A stretch of DNA of 64,000 nt from an uncultured SAR86 cluster bacterium. GTDB taxonomy: Bacteria; Pseudomonadota; Gammaproteobacteria; Magnimaribacterales; D2472. The notes under the pieces were generated by a model, which was given only the letters and a program-made list of their open reading frames with translations, searched no databases and was not told the DNA's origin. The DNA is taken from contig CABWZP010000003.1 of assembly GCA_902509965.1 (NCBI GenBank), positions 5,819-69,818 of the forward strand. Direction: 5' to 3'. The translations under genes were made by a program, and so were the position numbers. The stretch's first letter is position 1. The number at the start of each line of letters is the position of its first letter. Below are positions 1-10,860 of the stretch, one piece after another.

Positions 1-33
1 AAAAAGCATAATTTATAAAACTGTTCAATTATG

Positions 34-63
34 TTGACAGTATTGCTCCTAGGAGCTTAGAAT
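34..63 (+). promoter_or_regulatory. sigma70 promoter of the ribosomal protein cluster
   Basis: TTGACA (34-39), 18-nt spacer, TAGAAT (58-63), then a GC-richer discriminator ACGCCAC; 64 nt upstream of rpsJ. Confidence 0.75.
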
Positions 64-127
64 ACGCCACATTTTGCAATTAGCAGAGTGTGAAAATAAA
101 AGAATTAATAGGTAATAATTAGTAAAA

Positions 128-439
128 ATGGATAATCAATCAATAAGAATTAGGCTAAAAGCATTTGATTATAGATTGATTGATGCCTCTACAAAATTAA
201 TTGTAGAAACTGTTAAAAAGACAGGTGCATTAGTAAGAGGCCCAATCCCATTACCAGTTAAGAAAGAGAGAACAACTATATTGACCTCACCGCATAAAGA
301 TAAAGATGCTAGAGATCAATATGAGATAGTTACATATAAGAGACTTATGGATATTGTTGAGCCAACTGATAAGACAGTTGATGCATTAATGAAATTAGAT
401 CTATCTGCTGGGGTAGATGTCCAAATAAGTCTTGGTTAG
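128..439 (+). CDS. rpsJ: 30S ribosomal protein S10
   Basis: [14 protein letters not shown]...GPIPLP...[13 protein letters not shown]. Confidence 0.99.
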   Translation: MDNQSIRIRLKAFDYRLIDASTKLIVETVKKTGALVRGPIPLPVKKERTTILTSPHKDKDARDQYEIVTYKRLMDIVEPTDKTVDALMKLDLSAGVDVQISLG

Positions 440-450
440 TAAATAATTTT

Positions 451-489
451 TAACGCTTAGGCGGCCATAGAGGGTTAGTAGCCCCGTAA
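451..489 (+). promoter_or_regulatory. putative cis-regulatory RNA resembling 23S rRNA helices 18-20 (L4/L24 site)
   Basis: GC-rich island TAACGCTTAGGCGGCCATAGAGGGTTAGTAGCCCCGTAA in an AT-rich spacer; two small hairpins; immediately upstream of the rplC SD. Confidence 0.65.
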
Positions 490-502
490 AAAGGAGAGTA
501 AA

Positions 503-1138
503 TTGAGCACTGGCTTAATAGGAAAAAAATCTGGAATGTCCCGACTTTTTTTAGAAGACGGAACTTCTATTCCTGTAACGGTAATTTCAGTATCTGGTAA
601 TTTCATTGCTGATATTAAGACTTCTGATAGAGATGGGTACGATGCCCTTGTAGTCTCTAAAACAAAAAAATCAAATAATCTAACAAAATCAACTACTGAA
701 TTCTTTAAGAAGGTTAATCTTGAGCCTGGAAAGTTAGCTGAATTTAGAACAGATGCTAAAAATGCTGCCGAATATCAAATAGGCAATCATCTAACAGCTG
801 ATGTATTTGAAACTGGACAATATGTAGATATAACTGGAACTTCTAAAGGTAAAGGTTATGCAGGCGTTATTAAGCGCCATAATTTTGCAATGCAAGATGC
901 AACACACGGTAACTCACTTTCACACAGAGCTCACGGTTCTATTGGTCAATGCCAAACTCCGGGAAGAGTTTGGAAAGGCAAGAAGATGTCAGGCCACATG
1001 GGTAATGCAACCACTACTGTGCAAAGTTTAAAAATTGTTGAATTGGATCTTGAAAACAGCGTTCTTTATGTAAAGGGAGCAGTTCCAGGATTTAACGGAT
1101 CAGATTTGAAAATTAAACCATCACTCAAGAAAAAATGA
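503..1138 (+). CDS. rplC: 50S ribosomal protein L3 (TTG start)
   Basis: GLIGKKSGM, GTSKGKGYAGVIKRHNF, HGNSLSHRAHGSIGQCQTPGRV; SD AGGAG. Confidence 0.99.
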   Translation: MSTGLIGKKSGMSRLFLEDGTSIPVTVISVSGNFIADIKTSDRDGYDALVVSKTKKSNNLTKSTTEFFKKVNLEPGKLAEFRTDAKNAAEYQIGNHLTADVFETGQYVDITGTSKGKGYAGVIKRHNFAMQDATHGNSLSHRAHGSIGQCQTPGRVWKGKKMSGHMGNATTTVQSLKIVELDLENSVLYVKGAVPGFNGSDLKIKPSLKKK

Positions 1139-1746
1139 AGATAGATTTACTAACAACATCTACAAAAAAATCAGATATTACTATTTCTGAAACCACTTTT
1201 GGTAAAGATTTTAATGAGTCATTAGTTCATCAGGCTGTTGTAAGCTACATGGCTGGGTCAAGACAAGGATCCTCCAAACAAAAAACACGTTCTGAAGTAA
1301 GAGGTGGTGGTAAAAAGCCATACAGACAAAAAGGAACAGGTAGGGCTAGAGCTGGAACAATAAGAAGTCCTTTATGGAGAGGTGGTGGAGTTACATTTGC
1401 TTCAACTCCAAGAGACTACAGTAAAAAAATTAATAAGAAAATGTACAGAGCTGCATTAAGATCTATCTTCTCTGAATTATTAAGACAAGGTAAATTGGTA
1501 GCTATAGAAACACCTGTATTAGAAAAACCAAAAACTAAAGAAATAGCAAAATTTCTAAGCGATTTTTCATTAAGCAAGGTTTTATTTATTACTGATACTT
1601 TTGACTCTAATTTTTATCTTTCTGCCAGAAATATCCCAAATGTGGACGTTATTACCGTCAAAGAGATAAACCCAGTAATTTTATTAAGAGCAGACAAGGT
1701 TGCTGTGACTGCAGAAGCATTTAAATTAATTGAGGAGTGGATCTAA
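1135..1746 (+). CDS. rplD: 50S ribosomal protein L4
   Basis: KTRSEVRGGGKKPYRQKGTGRARAG. Confidence 0.99.
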   Translation: MKIDLLTTSTKKSDITISETTFGKDFNESLVHQAVVSYMAGSRQGSSKQKTRSEVRGGGKKPYRQKGTGRARAGTIRSPLWRGGGVTFASTPRDYSKKINKKMYRAALRSIFSELLRQGKLVAIETPVLEKPKTKEIAKFLSDFSLSKVLFITDTFDSNFYLSARNIPNVDVITVKEINPVILLRADKVAVTAEAFKLIEEWI

Positions 1747-2042
1747 TGTTAAATGAAAAACTCTATACCTTAATTAAGGCCCCGATAGTTACTGAAAAAT
1801 CTGCACGGGTGAATGAAGCACATAAGCAGGTAGTTTTTAAAGTTGACCTTAATGCTAACAAAAGGGAAATAAAACAAGCTGTTGAAGAGCTTTTTAAAGT
1901 TGAAGTTTTATCAGTTACAACTTCAGTTGTAAAAGGAAAAACAAAAAGAAATCGAACAGGAACTTATAAAAGATCTAATTATAAAAAAGCTTTTGTAACT
2001 TTGAGTCAAGATTCTGAAATTCAATTTGAGGGAATAAATTAA
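1746..2042 (+). CDS. rplW: 50S ribosomal protein L23 (start moved to ATG 1746, TAATG overlap)
   Basis: APIVTEKS...[24 protein letters not shown]...KKAFVTL. Confidence 0.97.
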   Translation: MLNEKLYTLIKAPIVTEKSARVNEAHKQVVFKVDLNANKREIKQAVEELFKVEVLSVTTSVVKGKTKRNRTGTYKRSNYKKAFVTLSQDSEIQFEGIN

Positions 2043-2043
2043 A

Positions 2044-2871
2044 ATGACTATTGTTAAGGCAAAGCCTACCAGTCCAGCCAGAAGGCATGTCATATCAGTA
2101 AAATCTGATTTACATAAAGGTAAGCCTTTTAAGGCATTACTCCAACCTAAATCTAAAAATGGTGGAAGAAATAATAATGGTCGAATTACTGTTCGCCATC
2201 AAGGCGGCGGACATAAACAACACTACAGAGTTATAGATTTTAAAAGAGATAAATTAGAAATACCGGCAATAGTAGAAACTATCGAATATGACCCAAACAG
2301 AACTGCACATATCGCATTATTAAAATATAAAGATGGAGAAAGAAAATATATTATAGCTCCTGCAAAGTTAAAGGTTGGTGATGAAGTAATATCTTCAGAT
2401 TCAGCTGATATTAAAACTGGTAACTCAATGAAACTTAAAGATATACCTCTTGGTACAAATGTTCATTGTATTGAATTAAAACCATTAAAAGGTGCTCAAC
2501 TTGCAAGAAGTGCTGGTACTTCAGCTAGGCTAATTGCAAAAGAAGGTATTTACGCAACTCTCAGACTTCAGTCTGGTGAAACTAGAAAAGTTTTATCGGA
2601 TTGCAGAGCGACTTTAGGAACTGTTTGCAATAGTGAACATAATCTTAGGTCTCTTGGAAAAGCTGGTGCTAAAAGATGGAGAGGAGTTAGACCTACTGTT
2701 AGAGGTGTTGCTATGAATCCAGTTGATCATCCTCATGGTGGGGGTGAAGGTAGAACTTCTGGAGGTCGGCATCCATCTACTCCATGGGGCGTTCCTACAA
2801 AAGGATACAAAACAAGAAAGAACAAGAGAACTAATGATTTAATAATCAGAAGAAAAGGAAGCAGGAAGTAA
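2044..2871 (+). CDS. rplB: 50S ribosomal protein L2
   Basis: [36 protein letters not shown]. Confidence 0.99.
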   Translation: MTIVKAKPTSPARRHVISVKSDLHKGKPFKALLQPKSKNGGRNNNGRITVRHQGGGHKQHYRVIDFKRDKLEIPAIVETIEYDPNRTAHIALLKYKDGERKYIIAPAKLKVGDEVISSDSADIKTGNSMKLKDIPLGTNVHCIELKPLKGAQLARSAGTSARLIAKEGIYATLRLQSGETRKVLSDCRATLGTVCNSEHNLRSLGKAGAKRWRGVRPTVRGVAMNPVDHPHGGGEGRTSGGRHPSTPWGVPTKGYKTRKNKRTNDLIIRRKGSRK

Positions 2872-2874
2872 ATT

Positions 2875-3147
2875 ATGCCAAGATCACTAAAAAAAGGCCC
2901 ATTTATAGATCTTTCATTAGAAAAGAAAGTTGATGCAGCCAATGCATCTAATGATAAAAGACCTATTAAAACTTGGTCAAGAAGATCAATGGTAATGCCG
3001 TCAATGGTTGGACTTACGATTGCAGTTCACAACGGAAGACAACATATCCCAGTCTATATTAATGAAGATATGGTTGGACACAAACTGGGCGAATTTGCAG
3101 TTACAAGAACATTTAAAATGCATTCAGGCGATAGGAAAAGTAAATAA
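2875..3147 (+). CDS. rpsS: 30S ribosomal protein S19
   Basis: [12 protein letters not shown]...MVGHKLGEF. Confidence 0.99.
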   Translation: MPRSLKKGPFIDLSLEKKVDAANASNDKRPIKTWSRRSMVMPSMVGLTIAVHNGRQHIPVYINEDMVGHKLGEFAVTRTFKMHSGDRKSK

Positions 3148-3485
3148 TGGAAACAAGAGCATATCTAAAAGGAACTAGATTATCTCCGCAAAAAGCTGGG
3201 TTAGTGGCTAATGCTGTTAGAGGTAAGTCAGTTCAGGATGCAATGGATTTCTTAATATTTAATAAGCAAAAAGGATCTGCTGTTATTAAAAAGTTATTAG
3301 AATCAGCTATTGCTAATGCTGAGAATAATGAAAAAGCTGATATCGATCTATTGGTTATAAAATCAATAATTGTTAATCAAGGAATGAGATTAAAACGTAT
3401 GAAGCCTCGTGCAAGAGGTAGAGCAGATAGGATAATAAAACCTACATGCCATATTGAAATCATACTTACTGATCAGGAGAAATAA
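3147..3485 (+). CDS. rplV: 50S ribosomal protein L22
   Basis: [18 protein letters not shown]. Confidence 0.99.
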   Translation: METRAYLKGTRLSPQKAGLVANAVRGKSVQDAMDFLIFNKQKGSAVIKKLLESAIANAENNEKADIDLLVIKSIIVNQGMRLKRMKPRARGRADRIIKPTCHIEIILTDQEK

Positions 3486-4138
3486 TGGGACAAAAAGTAC
3501 ACCCAAATGGTTTTAGATTAGGAGTTGTTAAGAAGCACAATGCAAATTGGTATGCTAAAGGTAAAGCTTTTTCAGAAAATGTTGTTCAGGATCTCAAAGT
3601 TAGAGAGTATTTCAAAAAAAGATTAAAGTTTTCTTCAGTAAGCAAGATTGAACTTGAGAGGTCTGCTGATAATTTTGTAGTTTTCATTCATACCTCTAGA
3701 CCGGGAATTATTATCGGTAAAAGAGGAGAAGAAATTGAAAACCTTAAAAAAGCAGTTGAAAAAATTGTTGGCCAGCCTACACAAATAAATATTAAAGAAG
3801 TTAAGAAGCCTGATTTAGACGCAACAATTTTAGCTGAAGGGGTCGCACAACAGCTAGAAAGAAGAGTTATGTTTAGAAGAGCAATGAAAAGAACAGTCCA
3901 AAGTGCATTAAGACAAAGTGCTAAGGGAGTTAGGATTGAAGTTTCTGGAAGATTAAATGGAGCTGAGATAGCTAGAACTGAATGGTACAGAGAGGGGAGA
4001 GTTCCTCTCCATACATTAAGGGCAGATATTGATTACGGTACGGCTGAAGCTTTAACTACATATGGAATTATTGGAGTAAAGGTTTGGGTGTTTAAGGGCG
4101 AAGTAATGGGCGATCCATTTAAACAAGAAGATAAATAA
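3485..4138 (+). CDS. rpsC: 30S ribosomal protein S3
   Basis: [27 protein letters not shown]. Confidence 0.99.
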   Translation: MGQKVHPNGFRLGVVKKHNANWYAKGKAFSENVVQDLKVREYFKKRLKFSSVSKIELERSADNFVVFIHTSRPGIIIGKRGEEIENLKKAVEKIVGQPTQINIKEVKKPDLDATILAEGVAQQLERRVMFRRAMKRTVQSALRQSAKGVRIEVSGRLNGAEIARTEWYREGRVPLHTLRADIDYGTAEALTTYGIIGVKVWVFKGEVMGDPFKQEDK

Positions 4139-4149
4139 AATTAAATATT

Positions 4150-4557
4150 ATGTTACAACCAAAACAAACAAAATTTAGAAAAATGCATAAGGGCAGAAAT
4201 AGAGGCTTAGCTCAAAATGGTAATACTGTTGCATTTGGAAGATTTGGTCTAGTTGCTGCTGATAGAGGAAGAATTACAGCACGTCAAATTGAAGCTGCAA
4301 GGCGAGCAATGACTAGACATATTAAAAGAGGCGGTAATATTTGGATTAGATTATTTCCTGATAAACCAATTACAAAAAAACCTCTTGAGGTAAGAATGGG
4401 AAAAGGTAAAGGAAATGTTGAGTATTGGGTAGCATTAGTTCAACCAGGCAAGGTTATGTTTGAGATGGCTGGTGTTACTGAAGAGCTTGCAAGAGAAGCA
4501 TTTAAATTAGCTTCTGCGAAGTTGCCTGTAAAAACTCGTTTCTTAAAGAAGGATTAA
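4150..4557 (+). CDS. rplP: 50S ribosomal protein L16
   Basis: [25 protein letters not shown]. Confidence 0.99.
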   Translation: MLQPKQTKFRKMHKGRNRGLAQNGNTVAFGRFGLVAADRGRITARQIEAARRAMTRHIKRGGNIWIRLFPDKPITKKPLEVRMGKGKGNVEYWVALVQPGKVMFEMAGVTEELAREAFKLASAKLPVKTRFLKKD

Positions 4558-4561
4558 TAAT

Positions 4562-4768
4562 ATGAGCAAAGAATTAATAGACCTAAGAAAAAAAGATTTA
4601 GACCAACTTAATCAAGAATTAGCATCTGTTAGAGCTGAGCAATTTACTATGCGCATCAAACATAAAACTGGCCAACTTAACGAAACAAATCTTTTAAAAA
4701 ATACTAGAAAAAAAATAGCAAGAATTAAGACTCTAATTACAGAGACAAAGAATAAGGAAGTTAAATAA
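4562..4768 (+). CDS. rpmC: 50S ribosomal protein L29
   Basis: [10 protein letters not shown]; position in operon. Confidence 0.97.
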   Translation: MSKELIDLRKKDLDQLNQELASVRAEQFTMRIKHKTGQLNETNLLKNTRKKIARIKTLITETKNKEVK

Positions 4769-5067
4769 TGACATCTTCAAATCCAAGACTACTTACAGGA
4801 GTTGTAATATCTGATAAAGCGGATAAAACAATAACAGTGAAGGTTGAAAGAAAAGTGAGACATCCGCTCTATGGAAAAATAATGAAGCGTACAACAAAAG
4901 TACATGCCCATGATGAAAGCAATGATGCAAGTATTGGAGACATAGTAACTGTCAAAGAATGTCGACCTATTTCTAAAAATAAGACTTGGGTCTTGGTTAC
5001 CAATCAAGAGATAGAAGCAGCAAATACTGAAGTGAATGCTAATGAATCTCAAGAGGAGACAGTGTAA
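4768..5067 (+). CDS. rpsQ: 30S ribosomal protein S17 with acidic C-terminal tail
   Basis: [31 protein letters not shown]. Confidence 0.99.
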   Translation: MTSSNPRLLTGVVISDKADKTITVKVERKVRHPLYGKIMKRTTKVHAHDESNDASIGDIVTVKECRPISKNKTWVLVTNQEIEAANTEVNANESQEETV

Positions 5068-5435
5068 TGATACAAATGCAGACTATTCTTAAGATAGCAG
5101 ATAATAGCGGCGCTAGAAGTGTTATGTGCATAAAAGTTCTTGGTGGTTCTAAAAGACGTTATGCCAATATTGGCGATATTATTAAAGTAGCTGTTCGTGA
5201 AGCTATTCCAACTGGCAAAGTTAAAAAGGGTCAGGTTGTGGATGCCCTTATTGTTAGAACTAAAAAAGGTGTGAGACGCAGAGATGGGTCATTAATTAAA
5301 TTTGATGAAAACGCAGCAGTCTTATTAAACAATCAGAAAGCTCCAATAGGAACTAGGGTATTTGGCCCTGTTACTAGAGAGCTTAGAGATGGAAGCTATA
5401 TGAAGATTCTATCCTTAGCCCCAGAAGTTTTATAA
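5067..5435 (+). CDS. rplN: 50S ribosomal protein L14
   Basis: MIQMQT..ADNSGA...SLAPEVL. Confidence 0.99.
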   Translation: MIQMQTILKIADNSGARSVMCIKVLGGSKRRYANIGDIIKVAVREAIPTGKVKKGQVVDALIVRTKKGVRRRDGSLIKFDENAAVLLNNQKAPIGTRVFGPVTRELRDGSYMKILSLAPEVL

Positions 5436-5773
5436 TGAATAATTTAGTAAAAACAAATACAAAACTTAAAACTGGCGATGAAGTAATTGTCATCACTGGA
5501 AAAGATATTGGCAAAAAAGGCAATATTAGAAAAATTATGAAGAGTAATAATAGGGCAATTGTTACTGGAATCAATATGGTAAAAAAGCATACTAAGCCCA
5601 ATCCCCAAATGGGAGTTGCTGGTGGAATCGTTGAGCAAGAAGCAGCTATTGATCTATCCAATGTATCTATTTGGAACCCTAAAACGAAAGGCGCAGACAA
5701 GATAAAGTATTCAAAAGATAAAGATGGAAAAAAAATAAGATTATTTAAGTCTAATGACGCGGAAATTAAGTAG
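5435..5773 (+). CDS. rplX: 50S ribosomal protein L24
   Basis: [31 protein letters not shown]. Confidence 0.99.
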   Translation: MNNLVKTNTKLKTGDEVIVITGKDIGKKGNIRKIMKSNNRAIVTGINMVKKHTKPNPQMGVAGGIVEQEAAIDLSNVSIWNPKTKGADKIKYSKDKDGKKIRLFKSNDAEIK

Positions 5774-6313
5774 ATGGCTAATTTAAAACAAAAATTTAAC
5801 AAAGAAATGGTTCCTGCTTTACAGGAAAAGCTTGGAATGAATAATGTTATGGCTGTTCCTAGGCTTAAAAAAGTTGTTATCAATATGGGAGTTGGACAGG
5901 CTTTAACTGATAAAAAACACTTAACATCTGCAGTTGCAGATTTAGAGTCTATAGCAGGTCAAAAAGTTGTAACTACTAAAGCAAGAAAATCAGTTGCTAG
6001 CTTTAAAATTAGAGAAGGATATCCAATAGGCTGCAAGGTAACTCTTAGAGGAGAGCGAATGTATGATTTCATTGAAAGGCTTATTAACATCGCTATACCT
6101 AGAGAAAGGGATTTTAGAGGATTAAATCCTAAGTCTTTCGATGGCCAAGGTAATTATAGTTTTGGGATCAAAGAGCAAATAATATTTCCAGAAATAAATT
6201 ACGACAACATAGATAATATTAGAGGTATGGATATCTGCATAAATACCTCAGCTAACACAAAGGAAGAAGCTAAAGCTTTACTAGAAGTTTTAGAATTCCC
6301 ATTTAAGAAGTAG
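5774..6313 (+). CDS. rplE: 50S ribosomal protein L5
   Basis: [24 protein letters not shown]. Confidence 0.99.
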   Translation: MANLKQKFNKEMVPALQEKLGMNNVMAVPRLKKVVINMGVGQALTDKKHLTSAVADLESIAGQKVVTTKARKSVASFKIREGYPIGCKVTLRGERMYDFIERLINIAIPRERDFRGLNPKSFDGQGNYSFGIKEQIIFPEINYDNIDNIRGMDICINTSANTKEEAKALLEVLEFPFKK

Positions 6314-6322
6314 GTAAAATAA

Positions 6323-6628
6323 ATGGCTAAAAAATCAATGATCGCAAGAGAAGTCAAAAGAAAAAAGACTGTAGCTAAATATGCTGCTAAAAAAGCAGAG
6401 CTTAAAGCTACATTTATGAATTTGAATGCAAGTGATGAGGAAAGGTCTGATGCTTATAAAAAGCTTCAGAAGCTTCCAAGAAATGCAAGCGCCTCAAGAG
6501 TAGTAAGAAGATGTTCAATAACTGGAAGACCACATGCCGTCTATAGAAAGTTTGGCCTTAGCCGAATTAAGCTTAGAGAGGCTGCCATGAGAGGCGATAT
6601 TCCAGGTTTAGTTAAATCAAGTTGGTAA
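6323..6628 (+). CDS. rpsN: 30S ribosomal protein S14 (long, non-zinc-ribbon type)
   Basis: [10 protein letters not shown]...[20 protein letters not shown]...KSSW; 101 aa. Confidence 0.99.
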   Translation: MAKKSMIAREVKRKKTVAKYAAKKAELKATFMNLNASDEERSDAYKKLQKLPRNASASRVVRRCSITGRPHAVYRKFGLSRIKLREAAMRGDIPGLVKSSW

Positions 6629-6632
6629 TAAT

Positions 6633-7031
6633 ATGAGTTTTCAAGATCCTATATCAGATTGTCTAACAAGAATTCGGAACGGCCTTATGCGTGGCAAGGA
6701 TGAAGTTTCTGCACCTTATTCAAAAGTTAAACATGAACTAGTTAATGTTTTGGTAAGTGAAGGTTATCTTAAGAGCTGTAAAAAAGTCGAAGAAGCAAAT
6801 AATAAAGCTTCTATTAGTATCACTTTAAAATATTTTAATGAAAAACCTGCTATTAAAAATATTAAAAGAATTAGCAAACCAAGTTTAAGAAGATATTCTG
6901 GGCCTGAAGACTTAAAACCTGTTAAAAATGGTTTAGGAGCCTATATTATCTCTACTAACCAGGGGCTTATGACCGATAAACAAGCTAAAGTAAAAAATAT
7001 CGGAGGAGAAGTCCTTTGTGAGGTATTTTAA
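6633..7031 (+). CDS. rpsH: 30S ribosomal protein S8
   Basis: DPISDCLTRIRNG...GGEVLCEV. Confidence 0.99.
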   Translation: MSFQDPISDCLTRIRNGLMRGKDEVSAPYSKVKHELVNVLVSEGYLKSCKKVEEANNKASISITLKYFNEKPAIKNIKRISKPSLRRYSGPEDLKPVKNGLGAYIISTNQGLMTDKQAKVKNIGGEVLCEVF

Positions 7032-7033
7032 TT

Positions 7034-7573
7034 ATGTCTAGAGTAGCAAAAAACCCAATAACACTTCCTGATTCAGTAAAGGTGAATATCGAAAATTCCA
7101 ATATTCAAGTTTCTGGTACTAAAGGTACATTAGATTTTCAATTACCTCAATCAGTTTCATTGAAACAAGAAGAGAATGTTATTACTGTTCAGTACGGAGA
7201 TTCTCAAGAGTCTGTTGCGCTAGCTGGAACAACCCGTGCATTAATTAATAATATGGTTATTGGTGTTTCTGAAGGGTTTCAAAAAAAATTACAATTGGTT
7301 GGAGTTGGATATAGAGCTAAAGCATCCGGAAAGTTATTAGAATTAAGTCTTGGATTCTCTCATCCTGTTAAGTATCAATTGCCTGATGAAGTTAGTGTAG
7401 AGACTCCATCTCAAACAGAAGTCGTTTTAAGTAGTCATAACAAACAAGCCTTAGGCCAAGCTGCTGCAGAGATTAGAGCATTTAGACCTCCTGAACCATA
7501 TAAAGGTAAAGGCGTAAAATATGCCGATGAAGTTATCAAGAGAAAAGAAGCTAAGAAGGCAGCAGGAGCATAG
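7034..7573 (+). CDS. rplF: 50S ribosomal protein L6
   Basis: MSRVAKNP, RPPEPYKGKGV. Confidence 0.99.
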   Translation: MSRVAKNPITLPDSVKVNIENSNIQVSGTKGTLDFQLPQSVSLKQEENVITVQYGDSQESVALAGTTRALINNMVIGVSEGFQKKLQLVGVGYRAKASGKLLELSLGFSHPVKYQLPDEVSVETPSQTEVVLSSHNKQALGQAAAEIRAFRPPEPYKGKGVKYADEVIKRKEAKKAAGA

Positions 7574-7575
7574 TT

Positions 7576-7923
7576 ATGAGTGAAAAGAATATTTCAAGAA
7601 TAAGACGAGCTAAAAAAACTCGAATGAAGATTAGAGAACAAGAAGCTCCAAGACTAAGTGTTTATAGATCTTCAAAGAATTTTTATGTTCAGTTGTTTGA
7701 TAGTTTGGGTTCTAAAGTCATAGCCTCTGCATCTACTATAGAAAAAGAAGCTAAATCAAAAAATAATAATGTAGAAAGTGCAAAAGATTTAGGAAAAAAA
7801 ATTGCGGAAAGAGCACTAGAAAATGGTATCAAGAAAGTTGTTTTTGATAGATCTGGATATAAATACCATGGTCGCATCAAAGCGCTTGCAGATTCTGCCA
7901 GAGAAGCTGGCTTGGAGTTTTAA
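7576..7923 (+). CDS. rplR: 50S ribosomal protein L18
   Basis: FDRSGYKYHGRIKALADSAREAGLEF. Confidence 0.99.
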   Translation: MSEKNISRIRRAKKTRMKIREQEAPRLSVYRSSKNFYVQLFDSLGSKVIASASTIEKEAKSKNNNVESAKDLGKKIAERALENGIKKVVFDRSGYKYHGRIKALADSAREAGLEF

Positions 7924-7929
7924 TTAAAT

Positions 7930-8442
7930 ATGAAACAAGAAAATTTAAATACTGCTGGTCAACAACAAGATGCTCTCGAAGAGAAGCTTGTTCAGGTTAA
8001 TAGGGTTGCTAAAGTAGTTAAAGGTGGAAGAATCTTTGGTTTTACTGCTCTTACAGTTGTTGGAGATGGTAAAGGTAAAGTAGGTTTTGGAAGAGGTAAG
8101 GCTAAAGAGGTTCCAATCGCCATTCAAAAAGCTATGGAAAATGCTAGAAGAAGCATGATAGATGTTGAGTTAAATAACACCACTCTATGGTACCCAATTA
8201 AAGCTAAACATAACTCTGCAAATGTTTACATGCAACCTGCATCAGAAGGAACAGGAATCATTGCAGGTGGTGCCATGAGAGCAGTGCTAGAGCTAGCAGG
8301 TGTTCAAAATGTTCTAGCCAAATGTTATGGATCAACTAATCCTGTGAATGTAGTTAGAGCAACCATTAATGCACTTAGTTCCATGGAGTCTCCTAAAACA
8401 GTTGCATTAAGGCGTGGTAAATCATCAGAAGAAGAGTTATGA
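7930..8442 (+). CDS. rpsE: 30S ribosomal protein S5
   Basis: [20 protein letters not shown]. Confidence 0.99.
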   Translation: MKQENLNTAGQQQDALEEKLVQVNRVAKVVKGGRIFGFTALTVVGDGKGKVGFGRGKAKEVPIAIQKAMENARRSMIDVELNNTTLWYPIKAKHNSANVYMQPASEGTGIIAGGAMRAVLELAGVQNVLAKCYGSTNPVNVVRATINALSSMESPKTVALRRGKSSEEEL

Positions 8443-8627
8443 GTAAAGAAAAAACATTAAAAGTAAAACTTATTAAAAGCGGCATTGGCAGAATGGAGTC
8501 TCATAAACTTTGTATAAAAGGACTAGGCTTTAAAAAATTGAATCAAACCGTAACTATAGTTGATACACCAAGTAATAGAGGCATGGTAAATAAGATATCA
8601 GATATGGTTGAGGTAATGGAAAGTTAA
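8439..8627 (+). CDS. rpmD: 50S ribosomal protein L30
   Basis: KSGIGR...GLG...[12 protein letters not shown]. Confidence 0.97.
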   Translation: MSKEKTLKVKLIKSGIGRMESHKLCIKGLGFKKLNQTVTIVDTPSNRGMVNKISDMVEVMES

Positions 8628-8629
8628 AA

Positions 8630-9079
8630 ATGACAGAAGAAAATACAAATAATTTAGCTCTTAACACTTTATCAAATCCTGGAACTGTTCAAAACAGAAA
8701 AAGGGTTGGGAGAGGTATTGGCTCTGGAACTGGTAAGACGGCAGGAAGAGGGCACAAAGGACAAAAATCAAGATCTGGTGGAAATGTTAGACCTGGATTT
8801 GAGGGCGGACAAATGCCTTTACAGCAAAGAGTTCCTAAATTCGGATTTTCCTCAAGAACAAATAATCTACTTAAAGATGTCAATGTAAAGTTACTCGAAG
8901 GTATGTCAGAAGTTTCACTAGAAACACTTAAGCAAAATAAGATTATCAGCAAAAAAATTGAGAAAGTAAAAATATATGGCAATACAGAATTATCATCAAA
9001 AATAAATGTTATTGGTATTAAGGTTACTAAAGGAGCTAGGGAATCTATTGAGAAAGCCGGAGGGTCCATACAGGAATAA
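8630..9079 (+). CDS. rplO: 50S ribosomal protein L15
   Basis: RVGRGIGSGTGKTAGRGHKGQKSRSG, GFEGGQMPL. Confidence 0.99.
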   Translation: MTEENTNNLALNTLSNPGTVQNRKRVGRGIGSGTGKTAGRGHKGQKSRSGGNVRPGFEGGQMPLQQRVPKFGFSSRTNNLLKDVNVKLLEGMSEVSLETLKQNKIISKKIEKVKIYGNTELSSKINVIGIKVTKGARESIEKAGGSIQE

Positions 9080-9082
9080 ATA

Positions 9083-10378
9083 ATGTCTGACCAAGGAAAA
9101 GGTATGAGCGATTTATGGAGAAGGTTACGATTTGTATTCGTAGCTATACTTGTATATCGTCTAGGCACACATATTCCAATACCAGGAATTGATCCTGACA
9201 GGCTATCCTCTTTGTTCGAACAGAATCAGGGAACACTTTTAGACATGTTTAATTTGTTCTCCGGTGGAGCTCTAGAGAGAATGAGTATTTTTGCTCTTAA
9301 TGTTGTGCCTTACATTTCTTCGGCAATCATCATGCAATTATTTTCAAACTCAATACCTTATCTCCAAGAGTTAAAAAAAGATGGCCAAGCTGGAAGAAAT
9401 CAAATTACTCAGTACACAAGATATGGGACAGTTGTATTAGCTTTTGTTCAGGCATCAGCCTTAGCTGTAACATTAAGCGGTAGCGGCCTTGCTTATACCC
9501 CTGGCGCTGCTTTCTTTGCTTCTGCAGTATTTTCAGTAGTAGCTGGAACAGTATTTTTAATGTGGCTTGGTGAGCAAATATCAGAAAGAGGCATAGGTAA
9601 TGGAATATCTCTTATTATTGCTACAAGTATATTAACAGGAATACCTGGAGCAATTGGCCAGGCTCTCGAACAATCAAGACAAGGTGATTTAAATATTTTA
9701 TTACTACTTGCAATTGCTGTTCTAGCTATGGCAGTTATTGCAGTCGTCGTTTTTATTGAAAGAGGGCAAAGAAGAATCACAGTTAATTATGCTCAAAGAC
9801 AGCAAGGTAGAAAATTAATGCAAGCTCAATCTAGCCACTTACCTTTTAAAGTAAACATGGCAGGAGTCATTCCGGCAATCTTTGCGAGCACTTTCTTACT
9901 GTTTCCTGCTTCATTAGCATCGTGGTTTGGTCAAAGCGAAGGTACGAATTTCTTGCAAACGGCTTCATTAGCTCTTACACCTGGACAGCCTTTGTATATT
10001 TTAGTTTTCTCTGCCCTAATTATTTCATTTTGTTTTATTTGGTTAGCTCTGACTTTTAATACCAGGGAAGTTTCAGATAATCTCAAAAGGTCTGGAGCAT
10101 ATATTGCAGGTATAAGACCAGGTGAACAAACAGCCCAATATATTGATAGTGTTTTAGCTCGATTAACAGTATTTGGAGCTATTTATTTAACATTAATTTG
10201 TTTATTACCATTGGCATTGATAAATTTTGCAGGCGTCTCTTTTTATTTTGGAGGAACCTCTGTTCTAATTATTGTTGTTGTTTTAATGGATTTTATTGCT
10301 CAAGTTCAATCACATATGATGTCGAGTCAATATTCATCCTTAATGAAAAAAGCTAATTTAAAAAACTATAAAAGATAA
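9083..10378 (+). CDS. secY: preprotein translocase subunit SecY
   Basis: [36 protein letters not shown]; about 10 TM segments. Confidence 0.99.
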   Translation: MSDQGKGMSDLWRRLRFVFVAILVYRLGTHIPIPGIDPDRLSSLFEQNQGTLLDMFNLFSGGALERMSIFALNVVPYISSAIIMQLFSNSIPYLQELKKDGQAGRNQITQYTRYGTVVLAFVQASALAVTLSGSGLAYTPGAAFFASAVFSVVAGTVFLMWLGEQISERGIGNGISLIIATSILTGIPGAIGQALEQSRQGDLNILLLLAIAVLAMAVIAVVVFIERGQRRITVNYAQRQQGRKLMQAQSSHLPFKVNMAGVIPAIFASTFLLFPASLASWFGQSEGTNFLQTASLALTPGQPLYILVFSALIISFCFIWLALTFNTREVSDNLKRSGAYIAGIRPGEQTAQYIDSVLARLTVFGAIYLTLICLLPLALINFAGVSFYFGGTSVLIIVVVLMDFIAQVQSHMMSSQYSSLMKKANLKNYKR

Positions 10379-10379
10379 T

Positions 10380-10496
10380 ATGAAAGTAAGAGCATCTGTA
10401 AAAAAAATATGTAGAAACTGCAAAACAGTTAGGCGCAATGGCGTTTTATTTGTTATTTGTAAAACTGACCCTAAACACAAACAAAGGCAAGGATAG
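10380..10496 (+). CDS. rpmJ: 50S ribosomal protein L36 (zinc-ribbon type; not in ORF track)
   Basis: Manual translation [38 protein letters not shown]. Confidence 0.98.
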   Translation: MKVRASVKKICRNCKTVRRNGVLFVICKTDPKHKQRQG

Positions 10497-10499
10497 ATT

Positions 10500-10856
10500 A
10501 TGGCAAGAATCGCGGGTGTTAATATCCCAGAAAATAAGCACGTTGAAATATCTCTAACTCATGTTTTTGGTATTGGTAGAAAAACAGCTCAAGATATATG
10601 CACTGGTCTTAAAATAGACTATACAAGAAGAGTTTCTGACCTAACTGAAGATGAAGTAGAAAAAATAAGAACGGCTGTAGCAACTTATGCTGTAGAGGGT
10701 GATTTAAGAAGAAACATTAGTACAAACATTAAAAGGTTGATGGATTTAGGTAGTTATAGAGGAATTAGGCATAGAAGAAAGCTTCCTACAAGAGGGCAAA
10801 GAACTAAAACTAATGCAAGAACACGCAAAGGTGCAAAAAAACCAATGAGAGGTTAA
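10500..10856 (+). CDS. rpsM: 30S ribosomal protein S13
   Basis: [24 protein letters not shown]. Confidence 0.99.
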   Translation: MARIAGVNIPENKHVEISLTHVFGIGRKTAQDICTGLKIDYTRRVSDLTEDEVEKIRTAVATYAVEGDLRRNISTNIKRLMDLGSYRGIRHRRKLPTRGQRTKTNARTRKGAKKPMRG

Positions 10857-10860
10857 TTGA

